Below are positions 26,986 through 36,866 of a stretch of 43,056 bases of DNA, one piece after another; position 1 is the first letter of the stretch, and every line of letters begins with the position of its first letter. The notes under the pieces were generated by a model, which searched no databases, was not told the origin of the DNA, and worked only from the letters and a program-made list of their open reading frames with translations. This DNA is from Bacilli bacterium. Lineage in GTDB: Bacteria; Bacillota_I; Bacilli_A; RFN20; CAG-826. A program made the position numbers and the translations under genes. Where the stretch lies: NCBI GenBank assembly GCA_041669225.1, contig JBAYBO010000002.1, positions 1 to 43,056 of the forward strand, written 5' to 3'.

Positions 26986-27056
26986 AGGAGATTTATTCCA
27001 CACTTTATATGTGTTTTCATATATAATGAATAAGAAGTAATAGAGGTGATTTTATT

Positions 27057-28022
27057 ATGGTTAAACGTATTGGCGTCTTAACGTCTGGAGGCGATGCCCC
27101 AGGCATGAATGCCGCAGTTCGAGCTATCGTCCGTTCCGGTTTGAAAAACGGTTTTGAAATGTTTGTTGTGTATGAAGGTTATAAAGGTTTAATTGAAGGC
27201 AATATTGAAAAGGTTGATCGCAACTTTGTCAGCGACATCATCAATCGTGGTGGCACGATATTAAAAAGCGCTCGTTCACGAGAATTTAAGGAAGAGGCCG
27301 CTCGCCTAATCGGCGTTGAGCAACTCAAAGATTTCGGTATCGACACCTTAATCGTTATTGGCGGAGACGGAACCTACATGGGGGCAAAAAAACTTTCGGA
27401 ACTAGGCATTAACTGTGTTGGTATTCCCGGTACGATTGATAATGATTTAGCCTCAAGTGATTTCACAATTGGCTTCGATACGGCTTTAAATACTATTTGC
27501 GAATGCGTTGACAAACTTCGTGATACAACCGCTTCACATCAAAGATGCACAATCATTGAAGTGATGGGAAATAAATGCGGAGATTTAGCGCTTTTTTCTG
27601 GCGTCGCCGAAGGCGTGGAGATGATAATTACTCCTGAACATCCATATACCGAAAACGAAATCATGGAGCGAATCAAGTCCCTCGGAACCGGCAAGAAGAA
27701 GCATTCGCTTATAATTGTTAGCGAAAAGGTTTTCCCTAACGTTATCTCATTTGCTGAGAAGGTCAGTCGCGAAACCGGTTTTGAAGCTAGAGCCGAAGTT
27801 TTAGGACGTCTGCAAAGAGGCGGATCACCATCGGCTTATGATCGTATCTTGGCGACAAGAATGGGTGTTTATGCGATTGAAATATTAGCAAAAGGCATTC
27901 GCAATGTTTGCATTGGCATTTCAAACGGAAAAATCGTCCATTACACTTTTGATGAAGCTTTTGCTTTACCACGTAAAAATCAGGACGATTTACATCGTTT
28001 AATTAGCATGGTCAATAGATAA
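27057..28022 (+). CDS. pfkA: ATP-dependent 6-phosphofructokinase
   Basis: 321 aa. IGVLTSGGDAPGMNAA, VIGGDGTY, IPGTIDND and MGNKCGDLAL motifs. Confidence 0.95.
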   Translation: MVKRIGVLTSGGDAPGMNAAVRAIVRSGLKNGFEMFVVYEGYKGLIEGNIEKVDRNFVSDIINRGGTILKSARSREFKEEAARLIGVEQLKDFGIDTLIVIGGDGTYMGAKKLSELGINCVGIPGTIDNDLASSDFTIGFDTALNTICECVDKLRDTTASHQRCTIIEVMGNKCGDLALFSGVAEGVEMIITPEHPYTENEIMERIKSLGTGKKKHSLIIVSEKVFPNVISFAEKVSRETGFEARAEVLGRLQRGGSPSAYDRILATRMGVYAIEILAKGIRNVCIGISNGKIVHYTFDEAFALPRKNQDDLHRLISMVNR

Positions 28023-28026
28023 AATA

Positions 28027-28878
28027 ATGGACGAACAAAGACTAATTATCAGCGCCGACATCGGTGGAACCAATTCGCGCTTTGCGCTCGTCAATGAAGA
28101 CTTCGAAATCGTCAGGAGCGTCTCTCGGCGCACCATTCTCTATAAAAAAGATGAATTTGTTACATCGATTATCGGAGCAATTAAGGATTTAGGTGGCACT
28201 TTCAAGGACATTGTTGGCCTTTCACTTGGAATCCCTGGTCCAATTAAAGGCGATGGCTATATTATTGATTTGCCTAACATCCACATCAAAGATATTCCTT
28301 TAGGTGATATTTTGCGAAAAGAATTTGGCTTGCCAGTCTTTATACGAAACGATGCCGAAATGGCTTGTTTTGCCGAAGCCGCTTTAGGAAGCGGAAAAAA
28401 TTATAGCCGTGTCTTTTTTATCACGATATCAACTGGATTGGGCGGCGCATTGGTCGTTGATAAGAGTTTCAAAGAAACGCCAATCGAAATCGGTCATACC
28501 CCTTATTTATATAAGGGCGAATACAAATTCTATGAGTATTTCGCTAGCGGCACGGGTTTAACGAATTTAGCCAAAATGTACGATTTGGAAATACGAAATA
28601 GTCTTCATTTTTTTGAATTAGTCGTTGCCAAAGATAAAAAGGCTTTAATCGTTTACAAAGAATGGCTGTTTATTCTTAGCGATTTTTTAAACTATATAAA
28701 AATAAATTTTCATCCCGATATTATTACAATTACGGGCGGTGTGTTTAACTCCAAAGACGTCTTTTGGAAAGATTTGACCAAACGCCATATCGATAAAAAT
28801 CTTCAAGAGTGTTATTTCTTTCAAAATGCCGGCACGATTGGTGCGGCAAGTTATGGCTTTGCCATGTTAAATAATTGA
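28027..28878 (+). CDS. ROK-family sugar kinase (probable glucokinase), lacking the usual Zn-binding Cys motif
   Basis: 283 aa. ADIGGTNSRFALV (ATP-binding DxGGT) and the ROK signature region ITISTGLGGALV...EIGH. The CxCGxxGC segment is replaced by TPYLYKGEYKFYEYFASG. Confidence 0.72.
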   Translation: MDEQRLIISADIGGTNSRFALVNEDFEIVRSVSRRTILYKKDEFVTSIIGAIKDLGGTFKDIVGLSLGIPGPIKGDGYIIDLPNIHIKDIPLGDILRKEFGLPVFIRNDAEMACFAEAALGSGKNYSRVFFITISTGLGGALVVDKSFKETPIEIGHTPYLYKGEYKFYEYFASGTGLTNLAKMYDLEIRNSLHFFELVVAKDKKALIVYKEWLFILSDFLNYIKINFHPDIITITGGVFNSKDVFWKDLTKRHIDKNLQECYFFQNAGTIGAASYGFAMLNN

Positions 28879-28903
28879 CTTAATTTCCATTAGTTAATAT
28901 ACT
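28875..28903 (+). promoter_or_regulatory. Candidate promoter of the thrS leader
   Basis: TTGACT (28875-28880, overlapping the ROK gene stop), a 17-nt spacer, then TATACT (28898-28903). Confidence 0.5.
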
Positions 28904-28909
28904 TGTATT

Positions 28910-29113
28910 CGCAATGATGAAGACACGTCGTATTCATCTTTCCAAGTAGAGAAGAAATCATTTGGTGAAAGGTTTCTGGAAAGAGAAGCGAAACCACTTC
29001 TGAGCATCCGATGATAAATTGGACGTGACTCGCGTTAAGAGAATCAAGTGCATATCGAAGATATGAATTAGGGTGGTACCACGTGAAAGCGTCCTTAAGA
29101 TGGGCGTTTTTTA
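28910..29113 (+). promoter_or_regulatory. T-box leader (Thr specifier ACC) controlling thrS
   Basis: Canonical T-box AATTAGGGTGGTACCACG at 29066-29083. Specifier context GCGAA-ACC-A (ACC = 28993-28995). Terminator AAAGCGTCC-ttaagat-GGGCGTTTTTT ends about 29113. Confidence 0.85.
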
Positions 29114-29133
29114 TTTAAAAAGGAGAAAGATTT

Positions 29134-31035
29134 ATGAAATTAATTCTTCCAAGCGGCGACAATCTTGTCGTTGAAGATGGCCAAACGGGCTATGATGCAG
29201 CCAGCAAAATTAGTATTAGCTTAGCCAAAAAAGCGCTTGCTTATCGTTTAAATGGCAAACTTTTCGATTTGCATGCTCGTATTGCAAATGATGGTCATTT
29301 TGAAGTTGTTTTAGAAAGCGATAAAGAAGCCTTTGAATTATTAAATCATTCAACTTCGCACCTTTTGGCACACGCCATCATGCGTCTATACCCTCAGGCC
29401 CACATCGGCTTTGGACCAAGTATTGATGAAGGCTTTTATTACGACATTGATTTTCCGAGCGCAATCACTGACTCAGATTTAATTACGATTGAAAATGAAA
29501 TGCGAAAAATCGCTAAAGAAAATCATCGGATAATTCGACGCGATGTTTCTTATCAAGAAGCGCTAAAACTGTTTGAGAATAATCCTTATAAAATTGAACT
29601 CATCAAAGAAATAGGCCAAGACATTTCAATTTATGATCAAGGTGACTTTTTTGATTTATGTATGGGTCCTCATCTTCCAAATACGAGTTTTATTCGCCAT
29701 TTCAAATTAATTAGTCTTGCCGGTGCTTATTGGCGAGGAAATTCCGATAATAAGCAGTTAACAAGAATTTATGGGACTTCCTTCTTTAAGAAAGAAGAAC
29801 TTGAAAGTCATCTCCTTATTCTTGAAGAGCGCAAAAAGCGCGACCACCGCCGCTTAGGAAAAGAGTTAGGACTCTTCATGGTTTCCGAATATGGTCCCGG
29901 ATTTCCGTTTTGGCTTCCCAACGGCATGATTTTAAGAAACGAACTTGAGAACTTCTGGTATAAAAAACACGAACAAGAAGGATATGTTTTCATCAAAACT
30001 CCAATTATGCTTTCTAAAGAGCTTTGGATCACGAGCGGTCACTATGAGAACTATCGCGAAAATATGTATTTCAGTCAAATAGACGACCGTGAATTTGCCA
30101 TTAAACCAATGAACTGTCCGGGTGGCCTTTTGGTATATAAGTACGAATTACATTCCTACAAGGATCTCCCTCTTCGCGTTGGAGAACTCGGATTAGTCCA
30201 CCGCCATGAAGCTAGCGGAGCGCTTTCAGGTTTATTTAGAGTCCGAACCTTTACCCAAGATGATGCTCATATTTATTGTCGTGAAGATCAATCAGTTGAT
30301 GAAGTCGTAAAAATGTTAAAACTCTTTGATGAAGTCTATTCAATCTTTGGACTCAGTTACCATATCGAATTAAGCACTCGACCAGAAAAGAAGTATATTG
30401 GTTCAATTGAAAATTGGAATCGCTCTGAAAAGGCCTTAGCTGAAGCGTGCAAAGCGATTGGTCGCGACTATATCGTCAATGAAGGAGACGGTGCTTTCTA
30501 CGGACCAAAACTTGATTTCAAGCTCAAAGATTCGATGGGCCGCATTTGGCAATGCGGAACGATTCAATTTGATATGAATCTTCCTGAACGCTTTGATATT
30601 TCTTATATTGATTCTCGCGGTGAAAAAGTACGTCCGATCATGCTCCACCGCGCCTTATTTGGCAGTCTCGAACGTTTTATTGGCATTTTAATCGAACATT
30701 ACGGAGGTGCTTTCCCGACCTGGCTTGCACCAGTACAGGTTAATCTAATTCCAGTCAATAATGCCCTCCATTCCGCTCATGCTCATGAGGTAGCGGTTTC
30801 TTTAAGGAATCATGGTATTAGGGTCAGCGTTGATGACTCTGAAGAAAAAGTCGGTTTCCGCTTACGCAATTCACAAGTTAAAAAAATTCCTTACACCGTC
30901 GTTATTGGCGATAATGAATTACGCGATAAAACCCTCACTTATCGTCTCTTTGGTCAGGAAAAACAAGTCACGATTTCACAAGCTGATTTCAGTCGCCTTA
31001 TCATTGATGAGATTGAGTCTAAACGCCATTATTAA
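29134..31035 (+). CDS. thrS: Threonine--tRNA ligase
   Basis: 633 aa. TGS domain, editing-domain motif HSTSHLLAHA, and class II motifs (FRVRTFTQDDAHIY, GTIQFD). Confidence 0.97.
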   Translation: MKLILPSGDNLVVEDGQTGYDAASKISISLAKKALAYRLNGKLFDLHARIANDGHFEVVLESDKEAFELLNHSTSHLLAHAIMRLYPQAHIGFGPSIDEGFYYDIDFPSAITDSDLITIENEMRKIAKENHRIIRRDVSYQEALKLFENNPYKIELIKEIGQDISIYDQGDFFDLCMGPHLPNTSFIRHFKLISLAGAYWRGNSDNKQLTRIYGTSFFKKEELESHLLILEERKKRDHRRLGKELGLFMVSEYGPGFPFWLPNGMILRNELENFWYKKHEQEGYVFIKTPIMLSKELWITSGHYENYRENMYFSQIDDREFAIKPMNCPGGLLVYKYELHSYKDLPLRVGELGLVHRHEASGALSGLFRVRTFTQDDAHIYCREDQSVDEVVKMLKLFDEVYSIFGLSYHIELSTRPEKKYIGSIENWNRSEKALAEACKAIGRDYIVNEGDGAFYGPKLDFKLKDSMGRIWQCGTIQFDMNLPERFDISYIDSRGEKVRPIMLHRALFGSLERFIGILIEHYGGAFPTWLAPVQVNLIPVNNALHSAHAHEVAVSLRNHGIRVSVDDSEEKVGFRLRNSQVKKIPYTVVIGDNELRDKTLTYRLFGQEKQVTISQADFSRLIIDEIESKRHY

Positions 31036-31041
31036 TAATGC

Positions 31042-31198
31042 TTGACACCTTTGCTTTGCAATGTTAAACTTACCGGCGTAGATTAAAAACGTAGAAAGAA
31101 GATGCGCCTGCTTCTCACCAGATTAACAACGTTAATTGGTATATGCTACAAAAACGAAAGTTTTGAAATAACGGGCGCTCCAAAGCGTCCGTTTTATT
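31042..31198 (+). promoter_or_regulatory. Promoter plus L20-leader-type attenuator upstream of infC-rpmI-rplT
   Basis: TTGACA (31042-31047), a 17-nt spacer, then TAAACT (31065-31070). A structured leader of about 100 nt follows. The terminator ACGGGCGCT-ccaa-AGCGTCCGT plus TTTT spans 31171-31195. The position matches the Firmicute L20 leader. Confidence 0.65.
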
Positions 31199-31225
31199 TA
31201 CAATAAACAAAGGAGTTGATCGACC

Positions 31226-31780
31226 ATAGCTAAATTACCAATGAACCCTGGACAAAGACGTCCGGAGGTAAACCACGACCTCGTCAATGAACGTATTCGC
31301 TTTTCCGAAGTACTCGTCATTGGTCCTGAAGGTGAGTCTCTTGGCAAAATGAGTTCAAGAGCCGCCAACGACATGGCCAGCCGCTACGAACTTGACTTAC
31401 TCTGTGTTGCACCAAGCGCAAATCCGCCGGTATGTAAGATACTTAATTACGGAAAATACCGCTTTGAGGCGCAAAAAAGAGCCAAGGAAAGTCGGAAGAA
31501 TCAAAAGATTATTGAAATCAAGGAAGTACAACTAACACCACAAATCGGTGTTCATGATTTGATGGTCAAAGTTAAAGGTGCCATTGGCTTTTTACAAGAT
31601 GGCAACAAAGTTAAAGTTGGTGTCCGCTTCCGCGGCCGTCAACTAGCTCATCCCGAAGTTGGAAAAGAAGTCCTTGATCGGTTCATTGAACTGGTTCAAG
31701 AATATGCTACTGTCGAAAAAGAAGGAGAACTCGAAGGTCGTTGGATGAATGCGATTCTCGCTTCGAAAATCAAAAAATAG
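31226..31780 (+). CDS. infC: Translation initiation factor IF-3 (probable non-AUG start, ATA at 31226; first ATG is at 31241)
   Basis: ...[22 protein letters not shown]... plus a C-terminal IF3 domain. AAAGGAG (31209-31215) lies 10 nt before the in-frame ATA but 25 nt before the ATG. Confidence 0.9.
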   Translation: MAKLPMNPGQRRPEVNHDLVNERIRFSEVLVIGPEGESLGKMSSRAANDMASRYELDLLCVAPSANPPVCKILNYGKYRFEAQKRAKESRKNQKIIEIKEVQLTPQIGVHDLMVKVKGAIGFLQDGNKVKVGVRFRGRQLAHPEVGKEVLDRFIELVQEYATVEKEGELEGRWMNAILASKIKK

Positions 31781-31791
31781 GAGAAAACAAC

Positions 31792-31986
31792 ATGCCAAAA
31801 ATGAAGAGCAAAAGAGCTTTAATGAAACGCATTAAAGTGACTGGCAGCGGCAAGGTGAAACGGCATTCGGCTTATACTTCACACTTAGCCCCACGTAAAT
31901 CAACCAAACAAAAGCGCCACTTGAGAAAGGCGAAGCTTGTGTCGAATAGCGACTACAAACGCATTAAATTTCTCATCATCAAATAG
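31792..31986 (+). CDS. rpmI: 50S ribosomal protein L35
   Basis: [24 protein letters not shown]... (64 aa). TAGGAGA SD lies upstream. The track ORF start at 31741 is an upstream in-frame artefact overlapping infC. Confidence 0.93.
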   Translation: MPKMKSKRALMKRIKVTGSGKVKRHSAYTSHLAPRKSTKQKRHLRKAKLVSNSDYKRIKFLIIK

Positions 31987-31998
31987 GAGGTGCCCTGA

Positions 31999-32358
31999 AT
32001 GGCAAGAGTAAAAGGTGGCACCGTCACACGTGCTAGACGTAAAAAAGTATTAAAAAGAGCAAAGGGTTACTTCGGAAGTAAGCATCTGCTTTTCAAAACG
32101 GCCAAAGAACAAGTCATGCATTCGTTGATGTATGCCTATATCGATCGCCGGAAAATTAAAAGAGATTATCGCAAACTTTGGATCAAACGGATTAACGCCG
32201 CTTGTAGATTATGCGACATCTCATATTCGCGTTTCATTAATGGTTTATCACTTGCAAATGTCGAGATTAACCGCAAGATGCTTTCCGAACTAGCAATTAA
32301 TGATTTTGATGCCTTCAAACAACTTGTTGAGTTGAGCAAAAAAGCTAGCGCAAAGTAA
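31999..32358 (+). CDS. rplT: 50S ribosomal protein L20
   Basis: [26 protein letters not shown]... (119 aa). Confidence 0.96.
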   Translation: MARVKGGTVTRARRKKVLKRAKGYFGSKHLLFKTAKEQVMHSLMYAYIDRRKIKRDYRKLWIKRINAACRLCDISYSRFINGLSLANVEINRKMLSELAINDFDAFKQLVELSKKASAK

Positions 32359-32372
32359 TTAACAAAAAGTTT

Positions 32373-32401
32373 AAAAAGGCTACAAATATGTAGTCTTTTT
32401 A
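32373..32401. terminator. Bidirectional rho-independent terminator between rplT and thiI
   Basis: aaaaaGGCTACA-aata-TGTAGTCttttta, with A-run and T-run flanks on both sides. Confidence 0.7.
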
Positions 32402-32426
32402 TATTGTCGATTTGAAGCAAAAATGT

Positions 32427-33605
32427 CTATAATTCTTCGCTATTTGCAGATATAATGATTGATTCTGTCGAATTTATCGCTTCAACTATCAATCCTTCGA
32501 AATCAAATTGATTTTCTAACCATAAAGTAGATTTATAATTAGGTTTCGTTCGCGGATTTTGTGGGCGAAATATTGTGCAACAATCTTCATAAGGCCGAAT
32601 CGAAATCTCATATGTTTTGATTTGCTTGGCAATTCGAATTATATCGTTTTTATCATAAGTTACAAGAGGGCGAATAACTGGCATATTTGTCACTTCATTT
32701 ATAACGCGCATTGAGCGGAGCGTCTGACTTGCGACTTGGCCAATCGATTCGCCATTGGCAATCGCCTGGCACTTTCTAATATTAGCGATATCAGTACTAA
32801 TTCGATACATCATCCGCCGCATGACTGTAATGGCATAGCTTTCATCAACGTGATCATAAATCGCTTCCTGAAGTTTCGTAAATGGTACGACATGAAGGCG
32901 AATGCTTTCCTGATAATGGGCAAGTAATTTTAACAAGTCATTAATCTTATCGATAACCCCACCACTTGTGTATGGAGGCGAGGCAAAATGAATGCATTCA
33001 AGCGAAACGCCCCGTTTCATTAAAAGATATGCCGCAACAGGAGAATCAATTCCCCCAGACATCATCATCAATATTTTCCCGGCAATTCCCAGTGGATAGC
33101 CGCCTGCCCCTTTAAAGGTTTCTAAAAACAAATAGGCACCTTCCTGCCGCACTTCAATTCCAATTGTTAATTCAGGTTTTTTTACATCGACTTTTAGTTT
33201 TGTGTTAGAAAGAATCTCTTTAGCGACGATGCGATTTATTTCATCGCTAATAATAGAAAAGGTCTTATCGCTTCTTTTTGAGCGCACTTTAAAAGTTGAA
33301 GCTTCTTCATTAACTACCATTTCTAAAGCACACTTTTTAATTTGCTCGATATCTTTCTCGATTTTGCTCACTAACGTAAGTGAGTTGATTCCGCTTACTT
33401 CCTGAAGTTCTTTTATTATCAAATACGGATCATAATCCGCGACGAGAACATAAATATGATCAAATCTCGTTTCGAGTTTAACTTCAGAAAAATTCTCGGT
33501 CAATTTCTTGCGAATGTTAACCGCGAGAAGTTTGACAAAATCCATCTTATTTCGACCTTTGGTCGATAGTTCGCCGTAGCGAACCATTATTCGATCATAA
33601 ATCAT
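32427..33605 (-). CDS. thiI: tRNA 4-thiouridine(8) synthase ThiI
   Basis: 392 aa. THUMP region and PP-loop MMMSGGIDSPVAA. Its start overlaps the upstream TGA (ATGA). Confidence 0.93.
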   Translation of the reverse strand: MIYDRIMVRYGELSTKGRNKMDFVKLLAVNIRKKLTENFSEVKLETRFDHIYVLVADYDPYLIIKELQEVSGINSLTLVSKIEKDIEQIKKCALEMVVNEEASTFKVRSKRSDKTFSIISDEINRIVAKEILSNTKLKVDVKKPELTIGIEVRQEGAYLFLETFKGAGGYPLGIAGKILMMMSGGIDSPVAAYLLMKRGVSLECIHFASPPYTSGGVIDKINDLLKLLAHYQESIRLHVVPFTKLQEAIYDHVDESYAITVMRRMMYRISTDIANIRKCQAIANGESIGQVASQTLRSMRVINEVTNMPVIRPLVTYDKNDIIRIAKQIKTYEISIRPYEDCCTIFRPQNPRTKPNYKSTLWLENQFDFEGLIVEAINSTESIIISANSEEL

Positions 33606-34732
33606 GATCGAATTCTCTCCATTATCTCATCAAAAACTTGAATGAATGTTTGTACTTCCTCAATGGTTGTCTGGTGATCAAAGCTGATGCGCAAAGTATT
33701 TCTAGCTAAATCCTCGCTTCGTCCGATTGCGCGCACAACATATGATATCGATGCCGCTTTTGCATGACAGGCACTGACCGAAGAAATCATGATGCCCTGA
33801 TTTGACAATGCCTCAACGATGACACTAGCTTTTTTATCAATGACTGAGACATTAAGAATGTAATTTGATCCTTTCTCGGGACTATTTAGCACAATATTTT
33901 CGCTTTTAGATAAATGGCTTCTAAGTAATGAATTCAACGCCGCAACTGAACCGGTGTTTTTCTTTTCGCTTTGCAGTGATTCTTTAATTGCTAACGCTAA
34001 TGTGTATGCAAGCGCCGGACTTATGGTTGAACTACGAAAGCCATATTCTTGTTCACCACCACTAAAAAGAGGAATCAACTCGATGTTCTTGTTCATCACA
34101 AGCGCACCGCTGCCTTTAAGTCCATTAATTTTATGACCGGATATCGAAAACATATCTATTTCGTCAAAAGGTAATGTTACTTTACCGATAGCCTGACTTG
34201 CATCAACGTGGAAAACCGCTCGTGAATGTTGATGTATAATCGTAGCTATTTCTTTAATGGAATTAATACTTCCAATCTCGTTATTGACTGCCATAATCGA
34301 AACGAGAAGAGTGTTTTTGGTTAAAGCCTGCCGAACATCATCGGGACGGATCACGCCCTTATGATTAGCGCTTAAAATCGTTAATTCAAAGTCAAAAAGG
34401 TCACGTAATTGTTTCGCACATTCAATGACGGATGGGTGTTCGATATTGCTGATAATAATGTGCCTTCCACGTTTGGAATGCCTTAAGGCATATCCTTTAA
34501 TTGCTAAATTATTGGCCTCGGTGGCAGAGGAGCAAAAAACAACCCGATGGGTTTGTTCAACTCCAAGACAATCAAGTACGATCTTCCGAGCTTTATTTAC
34601 ATATTTTTCAGCATCTCGACCAGCCTGATGATTACTATTTACGTTAGCGAAAAACTCGTCTTCAATTTTTTGAAAAATATCAAGGAGCTCACGCCTTGGT
34701 TGGGTCGTGGCTGCGTTATCTAAATAAATCAT
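33602..34732 (-). CDS. Class V aminotransferase-fold cysteine desulfurase (NifZ/IscS-like partner of ThiI)
   Basis: 376 aa. MIYLDNAATT, the PLP-Lys context SISGHKINGLKG and the catalytic Cys context SSVSACH. The pairing with thiI matches B. subtilis nifZ-thiI. Confidence 0.9.
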   Translation of the reverse strand: MIYLDNAATTQPRRELLDIFQKIEDEFFANVNSNHQAGRDAEKYVNKARKIVLDCLGVEQTHRVVFCSSATEANNLAIKGYALRHSKRGRHIIISNIEHPSVIECAKQLRDLFDFELTILSANHKGVIRPDDVRQALTKNTLLVSIMAVNNEIGSINSIKEIATIIHQHSRAVFHVDASQAIGKVTLPFDEIDMFSISGHKINGLKGSGALVMNKNIELIPLFSGGEQEYGFRSSTISPALAYTLALAIKESLQSEKKNTGSVAALNSLLRSHLSKSENIVLNSPEKGSNYILNVSVIDKKASVIVEALSNQGIMISSVSACHAKAASISYVVRAIGRSEDLARNTLRISFDHQTTIEEVQTFIQVFDEIMERIRS

Positions 34733-34758
34733 TTATTGCCTTTTATAAGAATCTGACG

Positions 34759-36492
34759 CTAATTACTTACGCCGCCTTGACGTAGTTTTCGCAAGGCGTT
34801 ACTAGTATCGACATAAGCTTTTTCAAAATTAGCCTCATAAAAATGAGCCTCGCTTTGTAAAACTAAATGGTGAATATCGCTTAAATGCTGACGATCGCGA
34901 TTGGCGTATAAAATTGCCGACTCGGCAAGTGACATCATGTTATTATCGCTTTCAATTTCATTAATAACTTTATCGCCTTCTTCACTAAGCCACTCGATAT
35001 TTTTAACAACCGTTCCGATATCAATCGGAAGAACATTAAGAATTTCGTTAATTGTATTTAAGGCCCCATATATTTTGTCGAGTGACTCGCCATATTTTTC
35101 ACTAAATTTCTCAAGCGAGATATCACGAACGATTTTTTCAGCTTTTTTCACACGATGGTAAAAATCATAAATGAGTTCAAAGGCTCCTTCCGCCGTTTCT
35201 TTTAATGAATCGAGATATACTTGAAAATCTTCCATCATCGAAAGGGCAAGATTTGATTCATCGCGAAGTTCGTGCATTTTGCCGACCAAGATTGAGTATG
35301 GTTGCTTTGTCGAAGAGTGAATAAAGGTATCGAGTGATCTTTTGGTTGCTCCTACTTTATTAATTTCGCTTTGAATCTCATTCACGCGGTTAGCGTATCC
35401 CGAACTAATTACATAAATCTTCTTAACCTCAGGTATGGTATTACATAACTTAATGAATTTCTTTTCTAAGGTATTTACAACTACATATATGTCTTCACAT
35501 TCAGCATCAAAAATAACGCGCGCCTTCTTTTCTTCTTCAAATAAAATAAAGTATTCGTCGATGCGGGCAATGATGTTATCTAAAGCGTTATTGACATTAT
35601 TAAGCTCAAAACTTCTTATTTTCTTTGTTAAAATATCAAGTTCGCGGTTCATATCATAAATGTTGTTTTTAACAATAAGGTGATGAAGAGGATATTTGGC
35701 ATCAATCATTTCTTCATAAGCATTCATTAAAGAAGCGATTTTGTCAGGTATCACCATTGTCACAAGCGCACACAAGTTAGGGAGTTTAGTTAAGACTCGG
35801 CCAACTTCTTTAATCGCTTTTGCAATCTTAGGCAGCAAAGTATTGGCATCATCATACTGAGCGGATTCAACAAATTGCTCGAACTCATCAAATAGACTAT
35901 CGATATACTCATAAACAGCGTCAAAAGACGAAATTACTAACTGCAAATCGCCTTGCTTTGTATAGTAATCCTGTTTGATTCTTCTTAATTCCTCTTTCAA
36001 AGAAAGAGAGGCTTGGCGAGCTTCTTCTTCCGGTTTGACAACCGAGATCAAATCGCTATTAAGGGTATTTACGTGTTTTTCATACGTTTCAATGATGCCT
36101 TTTCCTTCCGGATAAGCAACTTTGAGGGCTTTATATTTACCTTCATCAACCAAATCTTTAAGACTATTAATGGTATTTTGCGCTTGCGCATCAAAACGAT
36201 CGCGAATTTCTTTAAAGCGCTTTAAATATTGTGTATGCAATTCGACATAAAGAAGATTGGTTCGCGATATGATTTCCAAACGCTTAACATATTGTGCATC
36301 CTGACCGATAAGTAAGGCGTGAAGATATTCAAAACGCCTCTCGAGTTCGCGTACTTGTTTGCGAGCAACATGACGGACAATTACAAATTTATAAAGCAAA
36401 AAGAGAACTGTGCCTAAAACAAGAGCTGCCCCAATTGCGATCAAGACTATTCCAGTCGTTCCTAATAAAATGATGGTTGGGACTTCTATCAT
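34759..36492 (-). CDS. ezrA: Septation ring formation regulator EzrA
   Basis: A single N-terminal TM helix (IILLGTTGIVLIAIGAALVLGTVLFLLY) is followed by about 540 aa of coiled-coil repeats. Length and synteny (ezrA next to nifZ-thiI and rpsD) match EzrA. I prefer the start at MIEV (36492) over the track's 36525. Confidence 0.82.
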   Translation of the reverse strand: MIEVPTIILLGTTGIVLIAIGAALVLGTVLFLLYKFVIVRHVARKQVRELERRFEYLHALLIGQDAQYVKRLEIISRTNLLYVELHTQYLKRFKEIRDRFDAQAQNTINSLKDLVDEGKYKALKVAYPEGKGIIETYEKHVNTLNSDLISVVKPEEEARQASLSLKEELRRIKQDYYTKQGDLQLVISSFDAVYEYIDSLFDEFEQFVESAQYDDANTLLPKIAKAIKEVGRVLTKLPNLCALVTMVIPDKIASLMNAYEEMIDAKYPLHHLIVKNNIYDMNRELDILTKKIRSFELNNVNNALDNIIARIDEYFILFEEEKKARVIFDAECEDIYVVVNTLEKKFIKLCNTIPEVKKIYVISSGYANRVNEIQSEINKVGATKRSLDTFIHSSTKQPYSILVGKMHELRDESNLALSMMEDFQVYLDSLKETAEGAFELIYDFYHRVKKAEKIVRDISLEKFSEKYGESLDKIYGALNTINEILNVLPIDIGTVVKNIEWLSEEGDKVINEIESDNNMMSLAESAILYANRDRQHLSDIHHLVLQSEAHFYEANFEKAYVDTSNALRKLRQGGVSN

Positions 36493-36671
36493 GATTTTTA
36501 CCTTGTAAAGAATTATAGCATCCATCTATCACTAATTCAAAAATCATTTATACTTTTTCGTTTGCTTGATAAGTTTGTCTTTTTCCCATTTAACAGCAAC
36601 ACAAATTATAAAGCGAAATAGCATTCTTAATAATAATTATTAATGGGGCAGATAGTGCGCATTACTTTTTG

Positions 36672-36700
36672 TTGACTAAATGCCATCTTTCCTTTATAGT
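36672..36700 (+). promoter_or_regulatory. Candidate rpsD promoter, followed by a leader of about 160 nt
   Basis: TTGACT (36672-36677), a 17-nt spacer, then TATAGT (36695-36700). The leader contains hairpins such as CATCC-gaag-GATG. A long S4-autoregulated leader is known for Bacillus rpsD. Confidence 0.55.
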
Positions 36701-36866
36701 AATCGTTGCATGTAATGCAGCATGTAAATACGCCTTGTCCGATGTCAGGAACAAATGTAATAAAGTAGCCAAAGCTCAACGGTGAAATTATATCCGCGAC
36801 ATCCGAAGGATGGAATTTACACCTCTTGCTTTATATTGCGAAATATAAGGGAAAGGAGAATATAAC

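Noticed and set aside
26881-27002. Three same-orientation DnaA-box-like 9-mers lie upstream of dnaB: TTTTCCACC at 26881, TTTTCCACA at 26957 and TATTCCACA at 26994. An inverted TGTGAATAG lies at 26872.
   Set aside because: Each has 1-2 mismatches to TTATCCACA. In a T-rich intergenic region such near-matches are expected by chance. There is no perfect box and no nearby AT-rich unwinding-element context. I note them but do not call a DnaA-binding cluster or an origin.
26808-27020. A 70-aa minus-strand ORF occupies most of the dnaB/pfkA intergenic region.
   Set aside because: There is no SD before its ATG. It runs through the cre, the large hairpin and the dnaB -10 region. Its sequence is basic and low-complexity with no recognisable family. 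A regulatory or RNA role for the DNA is more plausible than a protein.
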